In this document: piece by piece, positions 50,361-64,000 of the stretch
Numbering within the stretch: the stretch's first letter is position 1
How the letters are laid out: each line of letters opens with the position of its first letter
Assembly (NCBI RefSeq): GCF_026571515.1
Contig: NW_026851615.1
Coordinates: 310,001 to 374,000 of the forward strand
Direction of reading: 5' to 3'
Origin: Ruditapes philippinarum
Lineage: Eukaryota
DNA length: 64,000 nt
The notes under the pieces: model-generated
Databases searched by the model: none
What the model saw: only the letters and a program-made list of their open reading frames with translations
What the model was told of the DNA's origin: nothing
Translations under genes and position numbers: made by a program

Positions 50361-51750
50361 AATATTTGAAAACTAATTAAGTAAATAAATGTAAAGAATA
50401 AAAATGTCTTGATGTTCTTTTGACCATTCATATAAGATCTAAAACAATTTTTATCTTTTTGTTGTAAACTAGTTAAGTTACACATTTAGATGGTAAAACA
50501 AGGTCTTACATTTCTTACATTTAATTAAGAACGCGTAAGTTTATATAAACGCGAAAGCATTATATTGTACATAAAAAAGAAATTAGATAGGTTATTTACT
50601 TTACTAATGAAGAAATTATTCAATACCAAAGTAGTGTAAAACCGCCTCTGAAAGATTATTTTCGCTTAGTATGAACAAACTTTCAATGGTCCAATCGTAT
50701 GTATATCAACAGCAGACATTATATTTACATGTCCTTTACATAGAATATACTTTAGTGTTGTATGAGTTGATGTCAGACGAAACAGAAACTGCATACATAC
50801 TATATGACACAATTATATATCCCAAGTCCTAACATTTTCATGATATATTGAATTTATTACCAACACTTGATTCTACACACTAATACTTGAACTTTTGTTT
50901 TTTCCATACTATCCATTACCTCTTTCAATATCATCAAGTGAGTTTTAGTTGTTGTTTTTCAAGCCGGAAACATCAAATAAATACTGTTTAGAGACAAATA
51001 TCCAGATGTATCTATGCCACAGATGAATATTTAGGGTGTTAAGGTTTTAATCGTTTTTGCGTTGTTTTACTTTGACAATCATACATTGTACTTGGCAAAC
51101 ATCGATGGCGATACTTACATCATTTTTCTAATGTTTAGTGTTTCGAACTAGATAGGCTACTGATATTATTAGCAATAAATGCACGATGGTCATCAAATAA
51201 AATTTTGCCAAATACAACTAAAACTGACGTATTATCAATTGTCAGCGATTTAGTGTCGTGATTGTTTTAAAATGGTAATTAAAAAGTATGCTATAAAAAA
51301 GTCATTATTTGGGGATCACAATACGATTTGATCATTAAATTGAAATATTCCTTATGATTTGATCGTTAAATAGGAATATTTCATTATTTGGTCTTCAAAT
51401 TAGAATATTTTTCGCACACAAATGTACAGTTTCATTAATCTATCCGGATAAGATGTTAAGTTAAAGCATATTTTATTCTTTGATATGCCAAAATGTTTCC
51501 TGTAAAACTAGGTTAAATTATAATAAATTTTAAACAGCTGAAAAAAGAACGTGGCAATAATCAATTCGGAATGAAATATTGCTGTCAAAATATTCATTAA
51601 TTTTGTACTTCTTAACTTAAATACGACAGTAAAGACATGTAAGAACAATTATTCTTTTATATAAATAGATAATGAAAATGTTGTATATATATATATAGAA
51701 CTTTTGATACATCATCAGTCTAGAAAGATTTAGATCTGAAGGTTGTCGAA

Positions 51751-54019
51751 ATGTTTTTTTCAAATCTTCATTTTCATTTTAATGACTTTAGGTAAGTTAT
51801 CATTTTTATTTTGTTTATTGATAAATTAGAGATTTCATCCAATTAACTTTCAATTATTTTTCTTCGCATTTAAAAAAGATATATATGTTTGTAGGACAAG
51901 ACAAGACATTTCTTATTTATTTATTTTATAGGTGTAAATGGATTTGCAAGTGATCCAGATACTATAGCAGAAATTTGTCCTACAGGTTGTTCGTTTTTAT
52001 TGGACCCTGTTTGTGGTTCCGATGGAATAACATATGGTAAGTTATTACATATTTAACAGCCATATTCTGATGTAAAATTAAACCTTTTCATTTGATAAAA
52101 TGCAGATAATAATAACAAACATTCTCCTGCAAAACGTGTTTATATTATTAGTTATAAACATTTTTGACAGGTTATATGGCCCGATAAAGGTCGCTTTTCA
52201 TTGGATAATCGTGACATTTATATTATATGTTATTTTAGTTTTGGAGTGATATATGTGGATATATTACCTGTCAAGATTTTATATCACCCGAACCGTTAGG
52301 CGAGGGTGATATTTTATCTTGGCAGGTAATATATCCACATATATCACTCCAAAACCAAAATAATAATTTTATAACCCTTCCTCTGCCGAGTTAAGACGAT
52401 TTTAAAATAAATCATTGCAACTTCAAATGAAACGTAGAAATAAGATTCCCTTTAGGGTACCCCTTCATCAATACATGACGTCACATAAATACATATTTTC
52501 TTTCGAACCTAACGAATGTAAACAAGAGAAAAGGAGAAGTCTGTTGAACGCACTTTTTTTGGATTTAATATCAAGCTTTCACAAGGTCATATTTGTTTTC
52601 AATACTGATGAGAATATGTATGATTACTCTCTTTTGGTAAATATTTATCATTTGACACTAAAAAAGTGTTTGTAAATCGGAATTTACATCGCGTAAAATT
52701 AAACCGTACGCGCATCGCCACAGCGCATGTTGTTTAGAACGTGAGGTACCCAACGGGGAAATTTAGTGTGTATATTACCCGTCTGGCTCGGTAATATCAA
52801 TTTCTTTCGGGTGATCAATATCCAATCAAAAAGGCGGAAAAAATCTGTAAGGGTAAAAATATATGTTATTTTGGTTTTGGAGTGATATATGTGGATATAT
52901 TACCTATCAAGATTTTATATCACCCGAGCCGTTAGGCGAGGGTGATATTTTATCTTGGCAGGTAATATATCCACATAATTATATCACTCCAAAACCAAAA
53001 TAATAATTGTATTACCCTTCCCCTGCCGAGTTAAGACGATTTTAAAATAAATCATTGCTATTTCAAATGAAACGTCGAAATAAGATTCCCTTTAGGGTAC
53101 CCCTTCACCACAACATGACGTCACATAAATACATGACGTATTTTTTTCGAACCTAACGAATGTAAACAAGAGAAAATGAGTAGTCTGTTGAATGCACTTT
53201 TTGGAATTAATATCAAGCTTTCACAAGATCATATTTGTTTTCAATACTGATGAGAATATGTAACATTACTCTATTTTGGTAAATATTTATCATTTGACAG
53301 TTAGAAAAAAAGCTTGTAAATCGGAATTAACATCGCGTAAAATCAAACCGTACGCACATCGCCACAGCGCATGTTGTTGACCCAACGGGAAATTTAGTGT
53401 GTATATTACCCGTCTGGCTCGGTAATATCAAAATGTCAAAAAGGCGGAAAAAGTCTTGAAGGGTAATAAAGTTTTATATAAACGTCACGATTATCCAATG
53501 AAAAGCGACGTTACGAATTTGCAGTATTATAAAACGTGAAATAAGTATTGGTAACATTACTATGACGTTATTAAATGTGCGTGTCTGTGTTCAGAAACAT
53601 TTTAAGTATCTTTTAAATGCATGTAATTTGTTTAATCTTTTTACATTTTTATATTTTTAGCAGTTCAAGTGTACTGAAAAAAATAGTTATGAAATATTAG
53701 TTAGTAATTCATTACAAAAGAATTCATCTACATGTTTAAACAGAACAATAATATAATTCAACATGTCATATTTTATCTGAAGGTTTAAGTTATTTTGATA
53801 CATCTTTGTGCATGTAATATATGTAAAGTAACAAAATTTTCTTTACAATTAACATTATTGACACCATCGAATGTTGAGTATTGTAGGAATTATGTCTACA
53901 GTAATTGAATATTGAGAAAATTCTTTTTTTCCCTTTCAGATAACCGATGTTTATTCAAAATGGCATACTGCAAAGATGATGATTTATTTATCGCCTATGA
54001 TGGACCCTGCAAAACGTAG
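51751..54019 (+). CDS. Kazal-type serine protease inhibitor 3 (subtype B); exons 51751-51791 (one extra T), 51932-52036, 53940-54019
   Basis: With T7 read as T6: MFFQIFIFILMTLGVNGFASDPDTIAEICPTGCSFLLDPVCGSDGITYDNRCLFKMAYCKDDDFIIAYDGPCKT. As written, exon 1 is frameshifted. Confidence 0.82.
52190..53509. mobile_element. Non-autonomous element: 33-bp outer inverted repeats enclosing a head-to-tail dimer (636-bp period), each unit beginning with a ~135-bp palindrome
   Basis: 52190-52222 and 53477-53509 are reverse complements (32/33). Units start at 52226 and 52862. Confidence 0.8.
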
Positions 54020-54267
54020 ATTCGTTGTATATAGCATAGCTGATTAAAATAATAGTAAACAGAACATATTGTTATCTTTTCTGCTAAATCTTATCATGTT
54101 CCTCTGTAACTTTTAATGAATTACATCAAAATTCGAGGTTATATGATAGAACTTAGGTTTGTAGATGTCCACCAACGTGTCTTTTAATTTGGAATCTTTC
54201 CGGCCTTACGCTGTGGCACACACTTGTCGATGGGAGAGTCTGAAATATTCCTTTTTTCAGCACTAAA

Positions 54268-54943
54268 GGCCTCAACAGACGGTAGGATTTTAAAGTACAA
54301 CACCAATTAAAACTAAGATGTACAGACAAATCTTAATGTGTGAAGGCTACTATTTCTTGATTTCGGAAACCTTAAGTCTAGATGTAAGGGATATGACATG
54401 TTCTATTTTGAAAATCTTGTCGTACCGATTTTTTAAGACCTCCCACAATGACAAGTAACAGATTACCAAATTATCTCCTGATAATGGGTGTAATGAATGA
54501 AATTCCAGAACAATTAGACCCAAAGTTGTGTTAAAATATGTTCGAATCCCAAATTATTCCGAAAATGATTATGTCACGGTATTGAATTGTTCTCTAATTA
54601 GGGGAGGGGAGGTAGTTTGTAGGCGGCCAGATAGCTTAGTCAGTTGAGTCGCAGTACGGTATTCCGAGGGTCCCAGGTTTGAGTCTCGGTCATGCCTCAC
54701 ATTAAAAAAAAATATATATATTTTTTTAATGGAGGTGTTTCAATCATTACTCATGGCGAAAAAAGTATTTAGTGAGTAAAGTATGTAAAGGATCAATGTA
54801 AAGGGATCCTTTTTAGGGAAAACCTCAGATGATTCTTACAGTGTAGAATTACCGTCTGAATGCAAGTGTTGTATAGCTTTGAAAATTGTACATCTTATCT
54901 CTAATTAGTGCTGTACAGCTAAATCCTACCGTCTGTTGAGGCC
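54268..54943. mobile_element. Kolobok-like non-autonomous DNA transposon
   Basis: Perfect TIR GGCCTCAACAGACGGTAGGATTT, GG...CC termini, TAAA/TTAA flanks. Contains a degenerate tRNA-like (SINE head) segment at ~54622-54697. Confidence 0.7.
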
Positions 54944-57116
54944 TTAAGACACCGTGTAGCGTTGTGGTCAGCCGAAACTGAAGTAGTAAGCATTCAATAG
55001 CAGTTTATATGTAATTTGTCACACAAAAGCAAATGCTTACTCACTGCGTACACACTTATCAAGCATATCAAATAATATGCATTACGTGTTCAATATTTGT
55101 CAATGATATTGTTGGCGTACGGTACGTAGTGTCAAAACTTGAGAAAGTGAGATTGCGGGCACTAAAGAAAATATGTTTTACAACGAGAAAACGAGTTTCT
55201 AAGGCTAAAGAGCTTTTGTCCCCACATTGTCCCCACATTTATTTTATGGCGAATTCAGTGGTATCATTCCTGTAACAATCTAATAATCTGGAAACAAAGT
55301 GATCCCTCGGAAGAATTAATCACAGCAAAATTACATGAAAAATTGCAGACTCTGTTTGATTGAGTCTGTACATGAGTGACAATGAATACGCGCAACATCC
55401 CTTACGCCCCCTAGCACCGGCTTGAGCGGTACTCAATTCTCAACACTTAATAGTGCTGGCATCAATGATTCCGAAGGACCGAAAATATAACAACACGGAA
55501 GTCAAGTACGGGGCAACTTTTTACAGCTGCCCCACGGCACTTGACACCTGTTGTTGTGAAGTATAAAAATCTGGAAACAAAGTGATCCCTCGGAATCATT
55601 AATCACGAAAACCAAGTTTTTATAAATTGATCAAAAATATTAACTTGACGCTTGTTGTTAAACAAGATTACCGCGACCTATTTTGTGTTTTCTAGCACAG
55701 AGTGCAACATGAAATATGTTTGTTATCCCCGGCCCGAAGGCGCGGAGGGATATAGATTTGGCGTTGTCTCCTTCCTTCTGTCTGTCTTTCTGTACTCACA
55801 TACTTAAATGGCTATAGGGACAATAGATAAGACAAAATATAACTGCTTGAGAATATTCTTTATTTGAAGTCATATTCGAACGGTTATTACGGCAAATTTT
55901 CGAACGTCTACACTGTCGCTTAGCCTACACTGTCGATGAACATTGAGCCAATAAGAACTGTCAGAAATAAGATATTGTCACGCAAAGGTAAGCGTAAACC
56001 CTCAGTGACTAAATGTACATTTTTGCAAAAAAAAATTGTATAAAATAATCGTCAATGCAAGAATCTATTAATTTCCATTCCTATTCGAACTGACAAAAGA
56101 CCAATACTACATTATGCAGACGCGACATGTAAACAAAAAGGCCGTCCAACCTCTACAAACACCAGAGTTAATAGTTATTCTGAAAAAATTAGTTCATATT
56201 ACTTCTTTTTATTTAGGGACTTTTAGAAAAAAAACATTCTCTTTTTCGGTCTCTGGCCTGCTTGAATGACACATGGCTGCACTAAGACATAAAAAATATT
56301 CTGATATATGATCATTTTCTTCTAAACATATCATACTCAGTATTTTTTTTAAAAAAAGACAAAGGGTGACCTGATGAAAAATATGATATATTTTCTAGAT
56401 ATGACCTAATTCAGTTCTAGAATAAACTTTGTATAGTAAGTATAATTGTATAAAGGATCCTTGTTATGATTATCTTACTGACGGACGGACGCATGGAGCG
56501 ACGAACCAAAGTGCCAAAATTTGGGGTTTATGTGCTTTTTCTTTAATCTTTATATGTGGCATTTTTTTCGTCACATAAACCAGTAAAATAACCACATAAA
56601 CCAGTCCATAAACCCACTTGTTTATGTGATTTTCTTCTTGATTTTTTACCAAGATTATGGACGAAATGAAGGTCACAAACAAATGATTGTTTGCCCGGAC
56701 TGACTGACTGATTCACTGACTGTAAATGCATACAATGTCAAAACCTTAATTTTCCCATTTCTTCTGTTAAATGATTATTATTTTTTTCATGTTGGCAGAA
56801 AATAAAACAGAAATGAATCCAAAGAAAGGGAATAAGATTAAATGATATTTGATATAAGTTTAAAATGTTAACTCTTAATATGCTATTTGCATAAAATGAT
56901 TTATTAAAATTTATAAAATTTATTACAATTTTCTGCCTTGATAAGCATACACAAACAACGTTTATTTCTTTCCCTTTGTTGTTTATAATGTAATTGAGTA
57001 AGCAATAAAATTTCGTACATCTTACTTGACAAGTACATTTCTTATAAATACCACTCCCTCAGCCGAACAAAACGTATTTCTTTTTAAAGCATCTTCAAGA
57101 GAAGGGGTGTGACAAA

Positions 57117-59677
57117 ATGTTGTTTAAATTCGGCATTTATTTTCTTCTGTTTAGTTGTAAGTGAGGGATCTAAGATTGGATTTTTTTTTAAATTATTATC
57201 ATTTAATTATCTTTTTTCTTTGGAATGTTTATTTGAATTTACATATAGAGAAAAAATTGAGTTGATGTTATCTTATATTGTAGGTATAATGTTGAAAGGT
57301 AAGACCGAGGGTCGTCATGTAGGCACAGCCGATCATAGATGTTGTTTTTTCTGTCTTGCGGTGTGGAATCCGGTATGTGGAACAGATGGGAAAACCTATG
57401 GTAAATGTTTAAAAAATCTTTTACATTTTTAGTGTAAATAGTGTAAAAATATCCTAAAACTATGGATTTTCTATGTTTTATTCGACCTAAAGTGATAAGA
57501 CGGTTTTAAGCTTTGAACAAAAATGATTTTTACATATACGGAGTTGCAAAAAAAGTGTTTCCTTGGTAACAAAGAAATTTTGTATTTTTATATCAACAAA
57601 TATTGACGTGTAACAGTTTTCATGTAATTGAATTTTGATTATTGTGACGATTAAAAAGCTGAACAGTGAGAAGTAAAACTTTCGAGGTTTTTTTTTTTTT
57701 GTAAATGTTTTTTTACCTTTGGATACTTTAATCTTTTGATGGAATATCAATCAAGTCTCGAAATTTATTATTGATCCATACACGAAGCACGAAGACAAAA
57801 TTCTAATAGTTATCAAATTTCAAAACAAAGTGAACAATTTTGTGGTCAATACATTTCTGCAAATTTTATTACCATTTGACACTATTTTGGTCATGTAGGT
57901 ATAAAGAATTTACAAGTTGTTTTCCTTTGCAACTGAGTATATTTCATCAAAAATTCCAAACGTGGTATTATAAATATGCATACAGCTGATTTTGTTCATT
58001 AGTGCAACTTTTAAAGACTATTATATAAAGGATATTGAATAAGTGTATGGTCAGTACTGAATTTATTCAACAATAGGTTATACGAATGTACGCCTTAATG
58101 GTCAATTGCTAAGCATCAAAATTCAAAAGCGGTGTTTTATAGTCGATGAACACAGTCCTAACTGCTTTTATTTCATCATATTATAGACTATGCGTTTCTT
58201 ATTTTGTATAATTTTACGTTATATATATTCCATATATACCTTTCAAGTCATATTAAATTTTAATTCATCTCGCATGATATGTTACTTTTCTTTTTCATAT
58301 GACATTTTTGCGTGTCTGTTGTTTTATATAGTATGTCACATTATGCATCTATCATTTCAAATGATTTGTAGACGCCGCGTTGTTGTTTTAACAAAGTTAC
58401 ACCGTTTTTAGATTCTTTAATAAAAGTAGCTTTTATGATGTACAACATGTCACTGAGCTTAACGGAATTAAAATAAACGTTTAATTTAAGTGATTGTGCC
58501 ATGTTTGAATATCATATTCTTTTTGTTTTTATCCTTTTTTATTTACCTAAAAATAACGTGTCAATGAGCCAGTTTATATTTTAATGTCGGGAACCAAATT
58601 TGGACAAGGAATCAGGGGTTGACTAAAATACCATCGGATATTTTTTGGGCGCAACGGGCGCTGCGGACAAATTTTTTTTAGCAGAACAGGCACAACATAT
58701 GCTTATTCATGAAAATAATTAACATTTAAGTCACAAAACAACCGAGTAAAACAGTTTGTTTTCAAATGTTTCACGAGTATTTGTAATAGGTTGTTTTGAA
58801 GGATTTTAAGCTGACAAAATGTCGAAATGGACATATTCTTGGTGCAACGGAGATAATTTTTTATAAAGGGAATAATGTATGGTTATAAAATATAACAATT
58901 ATCAAACTAAAATACATAATATATATCTATATATATTAAATGCAGTATCAACGAAAAAGTGTGTTGTAAATTTTAATACGAAATATTTTTGTAATATCTT
59001 TTGGAAGGTTATACATGCCTATGAAATGGACTTCATTGTGATCTCAGCGCAAAGGAGATAATTTTGTATAAAGAGCACAATGAATCTTTATAAAGTATAC
59101 TTATCGAACTAAAATTTATTCTACATATTGATTTTAATCTTTTTTAAAATTCAATAGGACTATCGTTTTTATTTTTAATCTTTTGAAGGATATGCCGGCA
59201 AAATGGATACATTCTCGGCGCAACGATGATATTTTTCTCTACCTCTGTATTTGTCTTGAATTTACTTTAAGTATACCAATCATTTCATTTTTTTTTTGTT
59301 ATCCAATTTATTTTGCTTCGATCAGACCTTCCAATCTTTGTCGCAACAGACAAACATTTCAGAATTTCAGACATGACATTACTTTGTGACTTTATGCATA
59401 TGGTTAAAATTTTGCAACTTATTAAACAACGAGCACGTGCCAAGTAAATTCATAAGTGTTTCGGATGTGTAATAGAGAACAATTGTCAAGGCTGATTTTG
59501 TATATTACCAGCGACTATTCACGTCATTTGGCGGCGTCTTTGATGTGCAGCATCAACATTTAACTCGTCTTATCTTATTATATATGTTACTCTGTTGCAG
59601 GTAATAGGTGCGAGTTTAGGAGAGGAAAATGCCTGAATGAAAAATTGAGGATTGCATACCCTGGAGAATGTGTTTAA
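57117..59677 (+). CDS. Kazal-type serine protease inhibitor 4 (subtype A); exons 57117-57156, 57284-57400, 59601-59677
   Basis: MLFKFGIYFLLFSCIMLKGKTEGRHVGTADHRCCFFCLAVWNPVCGTDGKTYGNRCEFRRGKCLNEKLRIAYPGECV; TATAAATA at 57043, AATAAA at 59701. Confidence 0.92.
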
Positions 59678-59887
59678 AATGCTTGAAAACTGGTGAAGCA
59701 AATAAATGTTCCAAAAGGAAAATGTTTTAAATGCTCTTTTTACCATTCATTTAAGTTAGAAAAGTGATTTGCCTTTTTATGATTACACGTTTCTTGACCT
59801 ACTGAAATAATATCAAGTTTTATTGATTTTGAGAATCATCACAAAGAAGATTGTCTTTTATAGTAATAATAAATTGTCATTTAAATA

Positions 59888-60231
59888 AACTACCTAATAA
59901 ATTGGGTGGATATGGTGGCTGATTTGTTACATTTTTGCGCGTCGCATTGTCGCTGACGACAACACGATAAAGCGCAAAACTACGCGTAATCGCCTTGTCA
60001 TCCTGTCGCTAGCAAAACACGCCAAGCGGCTTATTGATGCTCGTGACAAAGAGTCATGCGACAGCACAATAAGAAGCCAGTCCTTCGATATAAGCCAATG
60101 GCGCCATGGCGATAACGCGCCTCACGATAACGCGATAAGTCGAAATATTGGTTGTGTTGTCGCTAGCGACAACGCATCGCGCAAAAGTGTAACAAATCAG
60201 CCACCATATCCACTCAATTTATGAAGTAGTT
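59888..60231. mobile_element. MITE with ~50-bp TIRs
   Basis: ATAAATTG.GTGGATATGGTGGCTGATTTGTTACA.TTTTGCG and its reverse complement at 60180-60222. Confidence 0.8.
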
Positions 60232-62632
60232 CAGAAACTGGACCGTTTTGATTTGTCCGTGACCTAAATTGTTATTTGTTAATATGAAATTCTGTTTTAA
60301 TTTATTCAAAATGTCAAAATTCTGAAATTTAACGAAAAGATTTTATGATTTTAAATAATTCATAACGTTGCTTGAATGTTACACGTTTTATTGTCCTGGA
60401 AAAAAAACACGTTTTAGACGTCTTTAAAACAGTCTAGCCATTACTCTGTATTATGAAACTAATTCTCACAGTCAGTATTATAAAATGTCTGTCTTATTTG
60501 GGCATTAATGAAGTAAAGGTGAAACAATCTTTACTGAATTTATGTTAATGTTAACCTTTGCGCACGATTTCGAAAATGTTGAAACAAATCGACATGACAT
60601 TTGTTTCCTTGTCTGTGTTTGGCTGAGTTGTTTGTTTTACAGAATGTCCATGTTCAGTTTTGATAGGCTTATTTAAGCCTCTCAAAATTAATCGGCCACT
60701 ATAAACTAATTAATTTTCGAAACAAAACTTATCCTGAAGTATGCTTGCTGCTACTGTATACTTAAAGCCTAATGAGTTTAATCGTCTTGTGTTTTTTTTA
60801 CATTTCCAATTTAATTGTGTAATGGGTGATGTTTACATAATTAGACAATGTTGATAGTAAGTTTTTAAGGTACTTGGGTTAATGCCAGTAATTGAAAGCA
60901 CCAAAAACATGATTTTTACCTGATAAAAGTTTACCAAACGCAACTGACGTATTTACAATTGCCTGTGACTTAAGTTAGTAATTGTTTCAAATGGTAAGTA
61001 AATAAGTTAAAATACTTATAACTAAAACTCATTATTTTGGAATTTCTATATAAAACAAAACGTTATTAACAAAAATACATGAGTAACTGTACACACAAGT
61101 TAGTAAACACAAATAGTTTAACGCTTAACTTTTTCCTGATATGATTTATGACACTTTTCTTATACTTGAGAAAAAAAATCCTGTCAAAACAAAGGAAATT
61201 GAACTTAAAATGCTGAATAGTGTGACAATGATCAATTTAGAATGAAATATTTTTGTTGTCCTATATTTATACTTGTACTTTTGATTTACATAATTATGAA
61301 ATCTATGAACAAATACTCTTTTGTTTTGATGATGCATAAACTTAAATAGAACATTAAATTTACATCGGTCTGGAAAGATTTACACATTGGATCTGTTGAA
61401 AGTGTTTGCACAAATCTGCAAGATTATAATTTATATTATATATCTGGGGGTTTAATAAATTGTTCACCATCCTATTATAAGTATTATCAGAGTATAATAG
61501 TTCATTATACATTCTCTTTTAAAACAAAGACAATTTTGTTTCTCAAGATAATCGATTTTTATTCACCATGGCGTATTGTTTAGTTGATGACTTCATGTAC
61601 AGACTCAATCAAACCGAGTCTACAATTCTTATGTTATTTTGTTGTGATCATTGCTTCCGAGGGATCACTTTGTTCCCAGAATTTTATACACAGGCTAAGA
61701 CGGACCCTACATAACGTAGGTTTGTTCGATTAGATGAATAAAAGGATTGAACATGTTGATATTTTGTTTTCTTCACCACACTCCAAACAAGAAATGTTTA
61801 TGTAAGTTCAAATAATAGTTCATGAAAATATCAGTAAACTTTAACCACAATAAATACAAGAAAGATATATAGAAAATGTTCATTTTGTTTCCATTTCACA
61901 TCTTTATGACGTAGCCTTGCGGTACACCATGGTCTCTTGCTATACATTTGTATATGCAAAAAAACGTAAAGTATTCCCTTTCCTCAGCGATAAGAAACCC
62001 GCTTTACTTATTCAAATATAGAAAGCGGATCAGTGATTAATGATATATCGGAGAGTTTCCTTTTTATTTAATCGTCGGTAAGTTGCATTTTACAGCTTCA
62101 TTCTTTTTATTTGACAATTACATGAAATGATTTATCAAAAAATAACATATTTAACTTTGAAAATCCTGAAGGTCGCATTGATATATTAAAAGGACTAAAA
62201 TATCTTTAGCAATATTTTAATTATATAAATGTAGGCAAAGCGATGAATTGCATATACATTGTAATAAATTAAATGATTTATTTTGCACTGTCAGGTCTTA
62301 AATTTACATGCATCCCGGTATAAATTTGAGCAGTTTTAAACAATTGAAACATATAATTATTAGAAGTGCGTTTTAAGCATTTCATTTGATTACCAGTAAA
62401 AAGTTGTTTTTATACTTGAAATATCTTGAAAGTTTCTGTATTATTTTCTCATATTTTGAAACAATAGAAGCAGGTTTTTGAACCTTTAGATTCGGCAATT
62501 ATTATGACAATGCCTACAATGGGTAATAAATCAGTAATAAAATCAGCAAAATTATATTCACTATTATTGCACGATTATCATATATATAATGCGACAATCT
62601 AGGCGGAAAGTTTGCACGCTAAATCTTTGACA

Positions 62633-63942
62633 ATGTTGGCTTATATATTTCTTTGTTGTCTAGCTGTTCAAAGTAAGTACTTTTCCTTTTTAGTAGATTA
62701 TTCTTTCACATGAACTTGTAGTTTGATTTATAAAGTTATCGTTTGCGTACATAATTTATCCTTTGGGGTTATTGATTTCAATGCGTTTAGTGCTTAAGCC
62801 GGTGCTAGGGAGAGTGTGAAATCTTTCTATTATATCTCATGAACAGACTCAATTAAGTCTGCAATTTTTGTTGTTTTCATTTTTCTCGATCTATTAATTC
62901 ATCTATTCCCAATTTCTGAAATAATTATTATTTGCAAGTCTTGTGAGCAGAAAAAAATCCTTTAAGAAAAGAAGCTACCATGTTATATCATTTAAACCAG
63001 ATTATTATCTTAAATAGAAAATATTTAAACTTTTTCAACATAACATACGTTAAAACTGAATTTGTGACCGTGATATTTTAGGTGCATATGGAGAGTTAAA
63101 TGGATTTGAGTTATTTGATAGTGACTGTGGCGAGATTTGTCCCGAAGTATGGGAACCCGTGTGTGGATCTGACGGTATAACATACGGTTAGTGTTTTAAC
63201 ATTCATGCATTCAGATATTCTGAAAGTGACCTTTAAAAACTCTTACAAATTTCAAATGTTGATATAAATTTCATGAAATGAGTTTGATGTTCCTTGAAAC
63301 ATGAAGTCTTCAAATACATGTTTTAACATAATTTACTATATCAATGTATGTGCATGCATCAGCATGCATACGAAATATTAGAATCTCGTACAGAACACAG
63401 ATTTCTCGTTATAAAGTAATTATTCATTTAAAATGAAACATTTAACGTCCTAGCAATTTATTACAGTGCTTATGTGTCAAATATAAATGACTGGATTTAT
63501 TTTACATTTTATTGCTTTACAATGCAAAGTACGTTCATATCAACATGTCAAAACAGATTGATTAATTATTAAGAATTGACATAAACTGGAGTAGAATTTT
63601 CTAGGTCTATATACTTTAAAATAATTCGTATTTATAAAGGTCTTGGTATCCTTAAAAAATAATTTAAATAATGTGAACCAAATAAACATTTTTTTAACCG
63701 AATCTATCCCAAATAATGAAATATTGTCATGACAGATCTTCCACGAAACTTTCTGACTGAAGAATTAATTTCGCATATATTTTTAGGATCTCTAATCATT
63801 TGTAATGTATGTAGAGAGTAATAAGATAAATCTAACTTTTAAACGTATCATTTATTTTTTAGGTAATGCTTGTGTATTCAACATTGCACAGTGCCGAAAC
63901 GAAGAACTAACACTAGCTGCTCCTGGACCTTGCCTCGTCTAG
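62633..63942 (+). CDS. Kazal-type serine protease inhibitor 5 (subtype B); exons 62633-62672, 63082-63186, 63863-63942
   Basis: MLAYIFLCCLAVQSAYGELNGFELFDSDCGEICPEVWEPVCGSDGITYGNACVFNIAQCRNEELTLAAPGPCLV; AATAAA at 63957. Confidence 0.92.
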
Positions 63943-64000
63943 ATAAATGGATCAACAATAAAGATGAAGTCGGCAGTTCTGTTTATATAATTTAAAACTT

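Noticed and set aside
54622-54697. tRNA gene
   Set aside because: A/B boxes are degenerate and the stems do not close. More consistent with a SINE head inside a DNA element.
55285-55600. Direct repeats ATCTGGAAACAAAGTGATCCCTCGGAA (55287, 55569; inverted relatives near 61655 and 62790)
   Set aside because: Real but short dispersed-repeat fragments. No boundaries or mechanism could be established.

Overview
AT-rich animal genomic DNA, most likely a bivalve mollusc, judged from the SINE, MITE and HINE-type repeats and the spliceosomal introns. From left to right: (1) an intronless orphan ORF with a CRE/TATA-like promoter (2.0-2.8 kb) and transposon remnants. (2) A ~1.6-kb-unit tandem array of convergent tRNA-Glu(TTC)/tRNA-Lys(CTT) genes (5.3-26.7 kb). 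One tRNA-Lys copy is split inside its A box by a 4.5-kb, intron-containing, internally deleted Dada-like DDE transposon, and four of the other five tRNA-Lys copies are broken at or next to the same site. The array also carries a nested ~9-kb insertion containing a Ty3/Gypsy LTR retrotransposon, whose sequence (about 16.5-25.0 kb) is badly homopolymer-degraded, probably a low-quality consensus. (3) A decayed LINE (27.5-33.6 kb) interrupted by a 145-bp-repeat HINE-like element. (4) A minus-strand gene of unknown function with two coding exons (33.9-35.8 kb). (5) A cluster of five 3-exon secreted single-domain Kazal protease inhibitor genes (39.5-63.9 kb) of two subtypes with diverged reactive loops, interleaved with non-autonomous DNA elements. 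The strongest candidate for something new is the tRNA-Lys-targeting Dada-like element together with the recurrent breakpoints at its target site. All family assignments come from motif recognition by eye; no searches were run.
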